Of a stretch of DNA of 64,000 nucleotides, positions 11,427 through 23,260 are shown in pieces. The stretch is from NCBI GenBank assembly GCA_963744515.1, contig CAVUTN010000009.1, forward strand, positions 5,637 through 69,636. The letters run 5' to 3'. Positions within the stretch are counted from its first letter, which is position 1; every line of letters begins with the position of its first letter. A program made the translations under genes and the position numbers. The notes below the pieces were generated by a model. That model worked only from the letters and a program-made list of their open reading frames with translations, searched no databases and was not told the origin of the DNA. This DNA is from an uncultured Actinomycetes bacterium (GTDB lineage Bacteria > Actinomycetota > UBA4738 > HRBIN12).

Positions 11427-12661
11427 ATGCCCTCGGGCCGGGGGGTCCTGGTCTTCGGGGCCGGGGTCGCCCTGTGGGTGGCCGCCCGCATGCTCGGCTC
11501 GCCGACCCTGCACATGGTCGCGGTCGGGGTCGTCCTGCTCCCGTTCGCCGCGGCCCTGTTCGCGAGATGGAGCCGGCAGCGTCTGCGGATCCGGCGACGC
11601 CTCTCGGACACGCGCGTGCAGCCCGGCCAGCGGGTGCACGTCGAGCTCGAGATCGAGAACCAGTCCCCCGCCCAGACCTCGTTCCTCCTGGTGGAGGACC
11701 GTCTCCCGCCGCAGCTCGGCCGATCCGCGCGGCTGGTGGTCGCCTCGATGCCCGCCCGCGGGCGGCAACGGGTCCGGTACTCGATCGCGCCGCACCAGCG
11801 CGGTCGCTACGTCCTGGGGCCGCTCACCGCGGATCTATCCGACCCGTTCGCGCTCACGAAGCTGCGGGTCGAGTTCGACGAGCGTGACGAGCTGGTCGTC
11901 GCCCCGGAGGTCGAGCTGCTGGGCGAGCGGACCGGACTCGCCGTTCGGCATGACGAGCGGGCTCGCGCTGGCCAAGCACCTGTTCCGCACCGGCGACGAG
12001 TTCTACACGATGCGGGCCTACGTCGAGGGCGACGACCTGCGACGGATCCACTGGCCGAGCGTGGCCCGCAGCGGCGAGCTGATGATCCGCCAGGACGAGT
12101 CCACCCGGCGCTCGACCGCGGTGCTGTTCGTCGACACCCGGGACACGGCCGTCGGTCAGACCCACACGCCGTGCTTCGAGAAGGTGATCTCGGCGGCGGC
12201 GTCGCTCGGGATCCTGCTGATGCGCTACGGGTTCTCCGTCAAGCTCGCCACGACGCAGATGCCGCCGCAGCGCGTCGAGCGAGGAGGGCCTGCTCGACGC
12301 GCTCGCGGGGATGACCCACCACTCGTCCCGAGCCCTGTCGACCGGCCTCACGCGCCTGCGGATGGTGGCCGCGAGCGACACGACGCTGGTCGTGGTCGGC
12401 GCGCCACCGGCACCGACCGAGCTGCCGTCGTGGCTCCGCGTCGGCGCGATGTTCGGCCCCAAGGTCGGGGTGTTCGTCCACGCGACCGAACCCGACACCC
12501 TGCCCCCCGATCGCCGGGCGCAGGTCGAGGGGCGCGCGTCGCAGGCCCGGATGTCCCTGTCCCGGACCGGGTGGGAGGTCGTGGTGCTCCCACCCTCGAG
12601 GAGATTGCGAGACGCATGGCACGTCGAGCGGACCCAACCCCTGGTCACCAGCGGTTCCTAG
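11427..12661 (+). CDS. DUF58 domain protein (frameshifted)
   Basis: [32 protein letters not shown]; follows the MoxR gene. Confidence 0.88.
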
Positions 12662-14955
12662 GCCTCGCCGCCGTCGCGGGCCTGTCCGTGGCGACGGCGC
12701 TCGCGTTCGGCCGCGTGTTCACCGGGCGGCAGGCCACCCTCGAGCTCGTGGCCGCGGCGCTCGCGTCCGTGGCCATCGCGGCCCTGTTCGAACGGCGGGG
12801 GTTGTTGCTCGCGACGCTCGCGAGCCTCGTCGGGCTCGCGCTCGCGATCACGTGGATCGTCCTGCCGCAGACGGCCTGGTACGGCCTGCCGTCGATCCGG
12901 ACGCTCCGCGCGATCGGGCGCTCGCTCGAGTTCGTCGGACAGCAGGCGCGCGTTCGGGTCGCCCCCACGCCCCCGCTGCCGCCCCTGATGCTCGCGGCGG
13001 TGACGGCGGTGTGGACCGCGGCGTTCTCGTCCCACGCGCTCGCGATCCGCGCGGGGAGCCCGCTGCTCGCCATCTTGCCGCCGATCGCGCTCGTCGGGTT
13101 CGCGGACACGGTGCTCGAGGACGGGGCGCGTCCGATCTACGCGATCATCCTGCTCGCGGCCGCGCTGGCCGTCGTGTTCGCGGACGGCCTGCGCCGGGTC
13201 CGCCAGTGGGGGCCCGTGTGGTCGGGTTCGAGGACGCGGCGTCTCGGCGCTTCGGTGCGGGGTTCCAGACCGGTCGCGTTCGCGGTGATCGCCGCCGCGG
13301 TCCTCATCCCGGGTCTGCTCCCGGGGTTCCGTTCGGGGCCGCTCATCGACTTCTCGACCTCGGGCGACGAGGGCGCCGACCTGGACCCGTTCATCTCGAT
13401 CCACGCGCAGCTCACCGACGACGAGCCCGTCCGCGACCTGTTCGAGGTCCAGACGTCCGACCCCCAGTACTTGCGGATGTACACGCTCGGACGAGTTCGA
13501 CGGCGAGGGATGGCGCAGCAGCGACCCCGACGGGTCCGAGGGCCAGACCTCGACGGTCCCGACCGTCCTGCCGCAGCCGTCCGGGCTAGCGCTCCTCGCC
13601 CGGACTCCCAGACCGAGCCGTACATCTTCACGGTCCTCACGGACTTCGACGCCTCGCACGCGCTCCCGATGGCGCAGACGCCCGAGCAGATCACGGCGGG
13701 CGACCTGGGCGACGTCACCTGGGATCGCGCACCGGGGCCAGGCGTTCGTGGACGGCGGGCTCGACGAGGGCCTCGAGTACGCGGTCACGCTCTCGGGTCG
13801 TCGTCCCCACCGCCGAAGCAACTCGAACGGGTCCGCGACCTGACGACCCTCCAGTACGGGCAATGGACCCGAGCTCCCCGGCGAGGACGTCCTCGATCCG
13901 CGGATCGAGCGAGCTCGCGCACACGTGGACGGACGGCGCCGACTCGGACTACGAGAAGGTGCTGGCGATCCAGCAGCACTTCCACAGCGACGGCTTCCAG
14001 TACAGCACGGACGTCGACGTGGCCGACGACCCGACGCCCTGCTCACGTTCCTCACGCAGACGAAGGCGGGCTTCTGCCAGCAGTACGCCACGGCGATGGC
14101 GGTGCTGGTCCGCGAGCTCGGGCTGCCCGCGCGGGTCGCCGTCGGCTACCAGGCCGGCACGCTCCAGGACGACGGCAGCGTACCTGGTCCAGAGCGAGCG
14201 ACGCCCACGCCTGGGTCGAGGTCTTCTTCGAGGGCTACGGCTGGCTCCCGTTCGAGCCGACCCCGGGGCACGGCACCCACCCGAACGCGGACCCGGGCAG
14301 CTACCTGAACCCGGTGAAGAGCGGGACGAACCCCGGCGGGCCGGCACCAACCCCGACGACCCGAGCGACCGGGGGACGGGGCGGAGCCGGATGCGTCGCG
14401 ACGAGCCGACCTCTCACCCCGTGAGCGCCAGCTCCTGTGCCAGGTCGAGAACCGACCCGAGCGGGGCCCGGGCGACTTCGTCCCGCTTGCCAGCGATCGG
14501 GACCACCGGCAGACGGACGGGTCGGGGTACTCGGTGCCGTACCGGCTGATCTTCCTCGGGCTGCTGATCGCGCTCGGCGTGCTGCTCATCGTGGTGCCGA
14601 TCGCGAAGTCGGCCTGGCGCCGCCGGCTGCTTGCGTCGCTCCCGCGAGCCGCGCGAACACGTCCTGGCCGCCTACCGCGTGTTCGACGGCGAGGCCGCCG
14701 ATCTCGGGACTGGGCCGCCGCGACGGCGAGACGCTCGACGAGCACCGCGCGAGGCTCGCCGCGGCGATCGCGTTCACGGACGGGCACCTCGGACGGCTCA
14801 CGACCGGGGCGACGCGGGCGGCCTACGCGGCGGAGGCACCGACGCCCGAGGAGGCCAAGGCCTCGGTCGAGGACGCGCACCGGGCGATCCGGGAGCTCCG
14901 CAAGGACGCGGGCCTGATCCGTCGGATCGTCGGGACGTACCGGCCGGGCCTGTAG
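12616..14955 (+). CDS. Membrane protein with transglutaminase-like domain (TgpA/DUF3488 type; frameshifted)
   Basis: Multi-TM N-terminus; [23 protein letters not shown] and [20 protein letters not shown]. Confidence 0.85.
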
Positions 14956-14962
14956 AGGAGGG

Positions 14963-15446
14963 TCAGCGGCCGGTCTGCGCTCGGGCCGCCGCCTCGCGGA
15001 GCGCCCGGACGAAGCGATCGCGGTCCTCGTGGAACTGACCGACCTTGCTCTCCACCCCGGTCGCGATCTCGTCGATCGCGACGAAGAAGGCCAGCTGCCC
15101 CTCGCGCAGGGCGTCGATGATCTCGCCGTTGCGCCGCGCGATCTTGAAGATGCTCACCCCGTCGGTGATGAGCTTGACCTCGGACAGGTGCTGGTCGAGC
15201 GCGGCCCGGCGGTTCAGGTAGTCCCAGGCCCGGCGAACGCGCTGGAGCGACATCCCGTTGTCGAGCAGGGACTTGACGACCTTGAGCGCGACGAGATCGC
15301 GGAACGAGTAGAGCCTGCGGCACCCCCGGCCGGCCGCCCGTCCCCTGGATCGACGGGTTGACCAGGTCGATCTGGTCCCAGTACCTGAGCTGGCGGGCGG
15401 AGCATCCGGTGAACTTCGTCGCCTGATGTGCGGTGAATCCCTCCAT
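14963..15446 (-). CDS. MerR family transcriptional regulator (frameshift ~15320)
   Basis: TGCSARQLRYWD...YSFRDLVALKVVKSLLDNGMSLQRVRRA...LREGQ. Confidence 0.88.
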
Positions 15447-15493
15447 AGGAACGAGCGCCCTCCGACGACGTCTCCTCACGACACCAACGCGTT

Positions 15494-15591
15494 CCGTCGG
15501 CTCGTCGAGGGGAAGTCTCGACGTCGGTTCGACGGTCACGCCCCCGGGGAAGGTGAGGCATGTTGTACTCCAGGCGCGTGTGCCGTGGCAA
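15494..15591 (-). promoter_or_regulatory. MerR promoter (TTGCCA-18-TACAAC) and leader hairpin with a CUUCCCC loop
   Basis: Inner stem CGTCGAG/CTCGACG around the loop ACTTCCC; outer stem CCGTCG/CGACGG. A second CTTCCCC lies at 15552-15546. Confidence 0.5.
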
Positions 15592-15702
15592 GCCGAAGAC
15601 GACGCCGTGTCGGCTCGTTCGGAGGTTTCTCACGTTCGGCCGCAACCGTTCGCATGCCGTCGTCGAAGCGAGGAGATGGTTCGAAGAACCGCCTCCGCGG
15701 CG

Positions 15703-16095
15703 CTACGAACCGGGGGGTGTCGCGGGCGGCGTTCGGAAACGACCCGCGAGACGTGCCAGCAAACCGGTCGAGCGAGAAGCGCCCCGACTGCTGCTGCATC
15801 GCGCGCATCTGATCGCAGGGTCGAGCTGCTTGAGGTACCGGTAGATCAGCAACGCGGCCGCGAGCATCACGCCGAACCCCGTCGCCGCGACCCACAGCAG
15901 GTCGGGACGACCGTCAGGAACACCATCAGCATCAGGAACCCGGCCAGGAACGCCGAGCAGCGACCACTTGATCCGTCGAGCGAGGTGCGTGTACAGGGAG
16001 GTCCGGCTGACGGCCTCGACCAGCCGGGGGTCCTCCTCGGCCAGACGTTGCTCGATCTCGTCGAGGATGCGCTGCTCGTCGGGCGACAGTGGCAT
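15703..16095 (-). CDS. DUF3040 domain membrane protein (frameshifted)
   Basis: [25 protein letters not shown] followed by two TM segments; TATAAT at 16132-16127. Confidence 0.85.
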   Translation of the reverse strand: MPLSPDEQRILDEIEQRLAEEDPRLVEAVSRTSLYTHLARRIKWSLLGVPGRVPDADGVPDGRPDLLWVAATGFGVMLAAALLIYRYLKQLDPAIRCARCSSSRGASRSTGLLARLAGRFRTPPATPPGS

Positions 16096-16194
16096 GGGCT
16101 CCCGGCCTCGGTTGCGGTCGAACACGATTATAGGAACGACCTCCGCGAGTGGAAGGGGCCTTCGAGGAAGGCCGGCCGCGCGAGGGCGGGGCGA

Positions 16195-17377
16195 TCAGCG
16201 TTCGCGACCGCGTTCGAGCAGGGCCGCAGGCACGGCCGAGCCCGGTCCGAACCGCCGATCGATCCGATCCACGGCGCGTTCGACATCGCCCCACCGTTCG
16301 CTGCGGAGCAGCGCGAGCTGCTCCTCCCCCGCCGGCACCAGGCCGGTCGCGGCCACGCCGAGGAGCCGGACCCGACGGCGGGCACCGGGGAGGGCGGCGA
16401 ACAGCTCCCCGACGACCTCGTACAGGTCCGCGGCCACGTCGGTCGGCGCCGGCAGCGTTCGCGAACGCGTGAGGGTCGTGAAGTTCGCGAGCCGGATCTT
16501 CAGGGTGACCGTTCGGGTGCGGAACCCGTCCTCGCGCAGCCGAGCTCCCACCCGCTGCGAGAGCGAGAGCACCTCGCGGAGCAGCTCCCGCCGATCGTCC
16601 AGGTCGCGGTCGAAGGTCTCCTCGTGGCTGACCGACTTCGGCGCCTCGTACGGGACGACCGACCGGTCGTCCACGCCCACGGCCAGGTCGTGGAGGTCGC
16701 GCGCGTGCCGTTCGCCCATGAGCCTGCCGAGCACCCCGACCGGCGTCCGGCCGAGCTCGCCGACGGTCCGCACGCCGAGCCGCCCGAGGGTCTCGGCCGT
16801 CTTCTCGCCCACCCCCCACAGCGCCCGCACGGGCAACGGGTCCAGGTAGGCGTCGACCTCGCCGGCCCGCACGACCACCATGCCGTCGGGCTTGGCGTCG
16901 CGCGAGGCGAGCTTGGCGACCAGCTTGGTGGGCGCCACGCCCACCGAGCACCGCACGCCGATGCCGTCCTGGACCTCCCGGCGGACCTTGCGCGCCGATC
17001 TCCTCGGGCTCGCCGAACAGCAGGTGCGCGCCCGAGACGTCGAGGAACGCCTCGTCGAGCGAGATCGGCTCGACCTCGGGGGTGACCGCCAGGAGGATCT
17101 CGCGGAAGCGGTTGGAGTGCACCTTGTAGGACTCGAAGTCGGGCGGGACGAAGATCACGTCCGGACACAGGCGACGGGCGCGCACGGCGGGCATCGCGCT
17201 GCGGATCCCGAACGCCCGCGCCTCGTAGGACGCCGACATCACGACCCCGCGCGTCCCGGCGCCGCCCACGGCGACGGGCTTGCCCGACAGGCTCGGGTCC
17301 TTGAGCGTCTCGACCGAGGCGTAGAACGCATCGAGGTCGACGTGCAGGATCGGCTCGCTCGACCTCGCGCTGGTCAT
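16195..17377 (-). CDS. dinB: DNA polymerase IV (frameshift ~17000)
   Basis: [35 protein letters not shown] (catalytic acids intact), [14 protein letters not shown]. Confidence 0.93.
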
Positions 17378-17418
17378 CGTCGCGGAGCGTACCGCCGCGC
17401 CGGAGGAGCCGAGCGGTG

Positions 17419-20400
17419 TCATCGGCCGGCCGAGCCGCCGCTCGAGTGCCAGAGCTTGCGCGGCACGGCCGCACCCGGCGAGGGACCTTCGTGGGCGAGC
17501 GCCTCGCGCGAGCCGGCCCTGCCGACGCGCGTGCAACAGCGCCGTCAGATCCCACACGTCCTCGGCGACCACCGAGACGCCCTTGTACCCGGTCCGACGG
17601 ACGGTCCCCACCACCGCGAGCACGAACGAGTGGAACACGGTCTTGGCGACCTTGGGCTGCACGCTCTCGAACACGGTCACGTCGACCGGTCCCGTCGCGT
17701 CGTCCAGCGTGAGGAAGATGATCCGTTGGCCGCTGCGGATCGCCGGCGTCTGCGACGCCACCTTCACGCCGGCCACCATCACGCGCTCGTCCGAGCGACA
17801 CCGGTGCAGGTCCCTCGAACGCACCACGCCGAGATCGGCGAGCAACGGCTCGAAGAAGCTCACGAGATGCCGGCTCGCATCCAGCCCCAGCACCTCCAGC
17901 TCCGCCCGCACCCGCTCCGCATCCGAGTACTCCGGCAACGAGAGCTCATCCAGAGCGCCCGCCGACAGGTCGAGCGCCAACTGATCCCCCTCCCGCTGCG
18001 GAGCGGTCGTCATCGCCGCATACAACCGATCCCGCCGCGACCCCTCCCCGACCCCATCGAACCCCCCCGCATGCGCGATCGCCTCCACCACGGGTTTCGA
18101 GACACGTCGTCCGCCGAAGGAAGTCACCCACGTCCCGGAACGGATGCTCGGCCCGTCCCTCCAAGATCGACCGGATCTCGCCGTCCGAGATCCCATGCAC
18201 GTCCTGCAGCGCCAACCGGATCCCGTACCGCGGGTGCTCGAGCGTCGGTGGGCCGCCGCCCGTGCCGGCGCGCGGGGAGGGGTCCGGCCCGGGCGTCGTC
18301 GAGCGAAGCCGAAGCCCATCGACGTCCGCGAGCACGGACTCCACGCGTAGGCGAAGACGAGCAGCCCGGGCCGAGGCCCCGACCTCAGCGCGCCCCCCGA
18401 CGTCGTCACCACCACCGACCACCTCGACCACGTACTCCGGCTCCGAAAGGTTCACGTCCAGCGGCAAGATCGGGATCCCGTGCTCGCGAGCGTCCTCGAG
18501 CAGCAACCGTCGCGGGTACATCCCCGGGTCGTGCGTGAGGATCCCCGCGAGGAAGTGCGCCGGGTAGTGGGTCTTCAGCCAGGAGGACTGGTACGTCGGG
18601 ACGGCGAAGGCGGCCGCGTGCGCCTTGCAGAACCCGAAGCTCGCGAACTCGGCGACGGCGGTCCAGGTCCGCTCGGCGACGTCGGCGGGGACGCCTCGGC
18701 CGGTCGCCCGCTCGAGGAAGTCGGCCCGGAACCCCGGGAGCAGGTCCTCGCGGTCCAGGTGACGGCGGACGTGATCGGCGTAGGTCAGGTCGTAGCCGGC
18801 CATCGCGGCGAGCGTCCGGAGCACCTGCTCGTGGTAGACGATCACGCCGAACGTCTCGCGGAGCGCCGGTCGCAGCGCCGGGTGCGCGTACGTCGGCGCC
18901 TCCATCCCGGCGCGCCGCCGCAGGTACGGGTTGATCATGTCCGACTTGACCGGTCCGGGCCGGAACAGCGAGATGTCGACGATCAGGTCCTCCCAGCGGG
19001 TCGGCTGGAGCTTCTGCAGGAGCTCGCGCTGGCCCGGCGACTCGATCTGGAAGCACCCGAGCGTGTCCGAGGCCCGGATCAGCTCGAACGTCGGCTCGTC
19101 GTCGAGCGGGATCGCGTCCAGGTCGACCTTCACGTGCTCGGTGCGGGCGATCTCGTCCAGGGCGTGACGCATCGACGAGAGCATCCGCACGCCGAGCACG
19201 TCGAGCTTCAGGTACCCGAGCAGCTCGACGTCGTCCTTGTCGGCCTGGATCACGCGGTAGCCCTGGAACGAGCGTTCGAGCGGGACCCTGGTCACCAGGT
19301 CGTCGTTCGACAGGACGATGCCCGAGGGGTGGAGCGCGATGTGGCGGGGGAAGCCGTCCAGGCGCTCGGCCACGCGGAACAGCTGCTCGAGCTGGCCGGC
19401 GTTCAGGTTGCTGCCGACGAGCTCGGGGAGGCGGTCGACCGCGACCCGAAGGTCGTGCGCGCCGATGTGCGGGAACGACTTCGCGACCACGTCGACCTCG
19501 GGCTCGGGCAGGCCGAGCGCCTTGCCCACCTCGCGGACGGCGGCGCGGGCGCGGTACGTGTCGACCATCGCGACGCACGCGCACCGGTCGTCGCCGTAGC
19601 GCGAGAGCACCATGTCGTAGACGTCCTCGCGACGCGCCGACTCGACGTCGACGTCGATGTCGGGGAGCTCGTCGCGCATCGGGTTCAGGAACCGCTCGAA
19701 CGCGAGGTCGTGGCGGACCGCGTCGACGTCGGAGATGCCGACGAGGTAGCAGACGAGCGAGCCGGCGGCGCTCCCCCGGCACGCGCACCGGATCCCCATC
19801 GCCCGCACGTCGGCGACGATGTCGGCGACCGTGAGGAAGTACGCCGAGTACCCGAGGCGGTGGATCATCGCGAGCTCGTGGTGCAGCCGATCCTTCACGC
19901 GAGCGGTCGCCCGCATCCCCCGGCGTTCGAGACCGCGCCAGCTGCGTTCGGCCAGGACCGAGGAGGCGTGGCGGCCCGACGGTGTCGGGAACTCGGGGAA
20001 GCGGACCGTTCGCAGGCCGATGTCGAACGCGCACGACTCGGCGATCTCGCAGCGTGGCGGTCACGAGGTCGGGGCGTTCGCCGAACAGCGCCCGCATCTC
20101 GGTCGCGGGCTTCAGCCAGCCCTCGGCGTTGCGGCGCGAGACGTTGGACCGGTTGATCGGGACGAGCTCGCGCATGCACTCGAGCGCGTCGGCCAGGAAC
20201 GCGTCCTCGGGGACGAGGTAGCGGACCGGGTTGGTCGCGACGGGCCTCGCGTCCGACCGTTCGGCCAGGCGCAGGAGCGCGCGGATCTCCTTCGTACGAG
20301 TCCTGCTCCAGGCGGTGCTCGACGCCGACGTACGTCCGATCGCCGAAGGCGTCTCGATAGGGGTCGAGCGCGCGTCGCGCGGCGTCGAGCCGGCCGGCGA

Positions 20401-20848
20401 CCGCGAGCGCACCCGGCGGTGAGGACGGACCCAGGACCGCGACCAGTCCGCCCGCGTGCGCGCAGATCTGCTCGGGGGTGAGCGAGGGGTCGCCGCGCTC
20501 CCCCGTCATGTGCGCGTCGGTGACCAGCCGGCACAGGTTCGCGTACCCGGCCGCGTCCCGCGCGAGCAGGACGCACGCTCGCGTCCGCCGGCGGCACGCC
20601 CGGATCGAGGCAGCGGCAAGCGTCCCGGCCTCCCGAACGGTGAGCGACGCGCCGAGGATCGGGCGGACGCCCTCGCGCTCGCACGCGTCGACGAACCGGG
20701 CGGTGCCGTAGAGCCCGTCGCGGTCGGCGAGCGCGACCGCCGGCATGCGCAGCTCGGCCGCCCGGCGCGCGAGCGCCTCGGGCGAGAACGCGCCCTCCTT
20801 CAGCGAGAAGAACGAACGGACGTCGAGATGGACGAACCCGCCGGGCAT
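17419..20848 (-). CDS. dnaE2: Error-prone DNA polymerase III alpha subunit, DnaE2 type (frameshifted)
   Basis: N-terminal PHP domain, RGSAAGS, FERFL...[29 protein letters not shown] fold [10 protein letters not shown]-terminal [10 protein letters not shown]. Confidence 0.9.
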
Positions 20849-20878
20849 CTCACCGCTCCGGCGGGACGTCCGGAGCCG

Positions 20879-21568
20879 CTACCCGCGCTCCCAGACCTCC
20901 GGGTCGTGCGCGAAGTGCACGCGCGCCGGCTCCAACGACCTCAGGCGTTCCACCGAATCCGGGTACGCGGGGTGCTTCGCGGCCGAGGCGCCGGATGCGC
21001 TCGGCTCGGTCGCGCCCTCCCACTCGAGCCGCGACTGCACCGCCTGACCCGCGAGCACGATCGTGCCCTCGGGCGTGTCCACCACGAGCGACTGGTGCCC
21101 GGCCGTGTGGCCCGGCGTGGGGATCACCCGCAGACCCGGCGCCACCTCCGCCTCGCCCTCGATCACCTCGTAGGTCAGGCCGGGCGCGTCGATCCACTCG
21201 GGGACCGTGTAGTCGGGCTCGTGCACCATCGCCCACTCGGCGCGCTGGACGAAGATCGGGATGCCGGGGAGCCGGACGTTCTGCCCGCTGTGGTCGAAGT
21301 GCAGGTGGCAGTTGGCGGCGCCGGTCACGTCCGCGATCGAGATCCCGTGTTCGCCGAGCGCATCCTCGATCGTCGTCACGCGCGGCGTGAACGTCTCCTC
21401 GACCTCGTCGTTGCCGAACCCCGCCCCGTTGTCGAACAGGAAGACGCCGTCGCGATGGATCACCGCATGCGCGTAGGAGGGCCACCATTCCCTGGCGAGC
21501 AGCTCCTGCTCGTCGGGCGGCAGACGCAGCTCGGACACCAGGAACGGCACGACGCGGGCGTCGGTCAC
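20879..21568 (-). CDS. Metallo-beta-lactamase fold hydrolase (AHL-lactonase-like)
   Basis: HLHFDHSG and TPGHTAGH motifs. Confidence 0.85.
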   Translation of the reverse strand: MTDARVVPFLVSELRLPPDEQELLAREWWPSYAHAVIHRDGVFLFDNGAGFGNDEVEETFTPRVTTIEDALGEHGISIADVTGAANCHLHFDHSGQNVRLPGIPIFVQRAEWAMVHEPDYTVPEWIDAPGLTYEVIEGEAEVAPGLRVIPTPGHTAGHQSLVVDTPEGTIVLAGQAVQSRLEWEGATEPSASGASAAKHPAYPDSVERLRSLEPARVHFAHDPEVWERG

Positions 21569-21577
21569 GGGCTCGAT

Positions 21578-21829
21578 TCAATCCCACAACCGCTCCATGT
21601 GCCAACGGTCGTGGTGGCGGTCGTGGTACAGGTCCCAGACCGCGCCGCCACGCGCCTCCACCCGCCAGTACTCGCGGTCACGCCCGTCGGCCCACCACCG
21701 GCCCTCGATCCGCCACCGCCCGATCACGTCGGCCACCTCGTACCGGCGCCCGCGCCAGACGAACGCCGAGGGCATCCCCGCGTCGCGTTCGACCCGAACC
21801 TCGACCTCCTCGTCGTACCGCTTGGACAC
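21578..21829 (-). CDS. DUF6504 family protein
   Basis: PSAFVWRGRRYEV...WW...REYWRVEA...W.MERLWD. Confidence 0.8.
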   Translation of the reverse strand: MSKRYDEEVEVRVERDAGMPSAFVWRGRRYEVADVIGRWRIEGRWWADGRDREYWRVEARGGAVWDLYHDRHHDRWHMERLWD

Positions 21830-21869
21830 CGAGCTCCCTCCGAACGCACCTCCCCCTGCTCTCAGGGAA

Positions 21870-21927
21870 TCGAACGTATGTTCGAGAGGGGAAGGTGAAT
21901 GTACGCCCGGTCGCCGACACGAGTCAA
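21870..21927 (-). promoter_or_regulatory. SOS promoter: TTGACT-18-TACATT followed by a perfect LexA box
   Basis: TCGAACGTATGTTCGA at 21870-21885 matches the actinobacterial TCGAAC-N4-GTTCGA consensus; -10 at 21903-21898, -35 at 21927-21922. Confidence 0.9.
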
Positions 21928-21946
21928 GCGGAGCGTTCGCGCCTGG

Positions 21947-22318
21947 TCAGGCGGGGGTTTCGAGGCGGTCGTACCACTCGCGGTGCAGGACGCACCGGCC
22001 GGCGGCGTCGAAGTCGCAGACCAAGATCCCGTCCAGCTCCACCACCCCGCCGGCATCGTCCCGGAACGACACGCGCCAGTGCGCCACCCCGCGGTCCCCC
22101 GACACGGCGATCGGCTCGACGTCGGTCCGCAGCTCGGTGGGGACCCCTCCCTCCACCCACGCCCGCACGATCGCGTCGCGCCCGCGGGTCTCCTCGCGGA
22201 AGGGGCCGTAGGAGTACACGGCGTCCACGGCGAACAGCGACGACACCTCGACGGGGTCGTTCGAGGCCCACGCGTCGAAGTACCGCCGGAGCCAGTCCCG
22301 GAACGCGTCGAGGTCCAT
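21947..22318 (-). CDS. SnoaL-like / NTF2 family protein
   Basis: WLRRYFDAW...LFAVDAVY...GRDAI...CVLHREWY. Confidence 0.8.
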   Translation of the reverse strand: MDLDAFRDWLRRYFDAWASNDPVEVSSLFAVDAVYSYGPFREETRGRDAIVRAWVEGGVPTELRTDVEPIAVSGDRGVAHWRVSFRDDAGGVVELDGILVCDFDAAGRCVLHREWYDRLETPA

Positions 22319-22344
22319 GCCCCGCATCGTAGGCTTCTGCCTCG

Positions 22345-23260
22345 ATGGCCGAGACCGGAGCGCTCGTCGTCTGCGTCCCGAACTTCAGCGAGGGTCGCCG
22401 GACAGGACGTGATCGATGCGATCTGCGACGCCCTCGCCGGCGGCGGCGCGCGGCTCGTGTACCGGCAGGCCGACCCCGAGCACCATCGGCTCGACACGAC
22501 GATCGTGGGCTCGCCGGACGCGGTGCGCGCGAGCGCGCTCGCCGGCGCCGCCAAGGCCGTCGAGCTGATCGACATGACGACGCACACCGGCGGGCACCCT
22601 CGGATGGGCGCGGCGGACGTGATCCCGTTCGTGCCGCTGTCCGGGATCTCGATGGACGAGGTGGTCGAACTGGCACGGGCGTTCGCGGCCGAGCTCGCCG
22701 ACGCGCTCGGCATCCCGGTCTACCTGTACGACCGCGCCGCGACCTCGCCCGAGCGCGCGAGCCTGGCCGAGGTCCGCAAGGGCGAGTTCGAGGGGCTGCG
22801 CGAGGCGGTGGCGCGCGGCGAGCGGCTGCCGGACTTCGGGCCGCACGAGATCGGCCGGGCCGGCGCGACCGCCGTCGGGGCGCGCAAGCCGCTCGTCGCG
22901 TTCAACGTCTACCTGACCGGCGCCGAGGACGACGCGAAGGAGATCGCGAGATCGGTCCGCGAGTCGAGCGGCGGGCTGCCGGCGGTCCGCGCGATCGGGT
23001 TCGCCGTCCCCGAACGCGGAGCCGTCACGGTCTCGATGAACCTGGTCGACATCGACGTCACCTCGCCGCGGGTGGCGTTCGACGCGGTCCGGGAGCTCGC
23101 GACCGAACGCGGCATGGAGGTCCGCTCGTCCGAGATCGTGGGGCTCGTCCCCCGCGCGGCGCTCGGCGAGGACGACATCGCGTACCTGCGACTGGAGGGG
23201 TTCGATGCTGATGCACAGATCCTGGAGCGACTCGTGAGCACCGAGGGGGAGCGCCGATGA
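22345..23260 (+). CDS. ftcD: Glutamate formimidoyltransferase (frameshift ~22405)
   Basis: CVPNFSEGR, DPEHHR, IDMTTHTGGHPRMGAADVIPFVP, GARKPLVAFN, VSMNL. Confidence 0.9.

Noticed and set aside
9673-14955. HNH nuclease plus MoxR-DUF58-transglutaminase as a defence or mobile system
   Set aside because: This trio next to the dcw cluster is ordinary actinobacterial backbone. No methylase, integrase or compositional shift is seen.
18240-18410. Intein or intron in dnaE2
   Set aside because: The insertion is short and low-complexity, with no Cys/Ser...His-Asn splice motifs.
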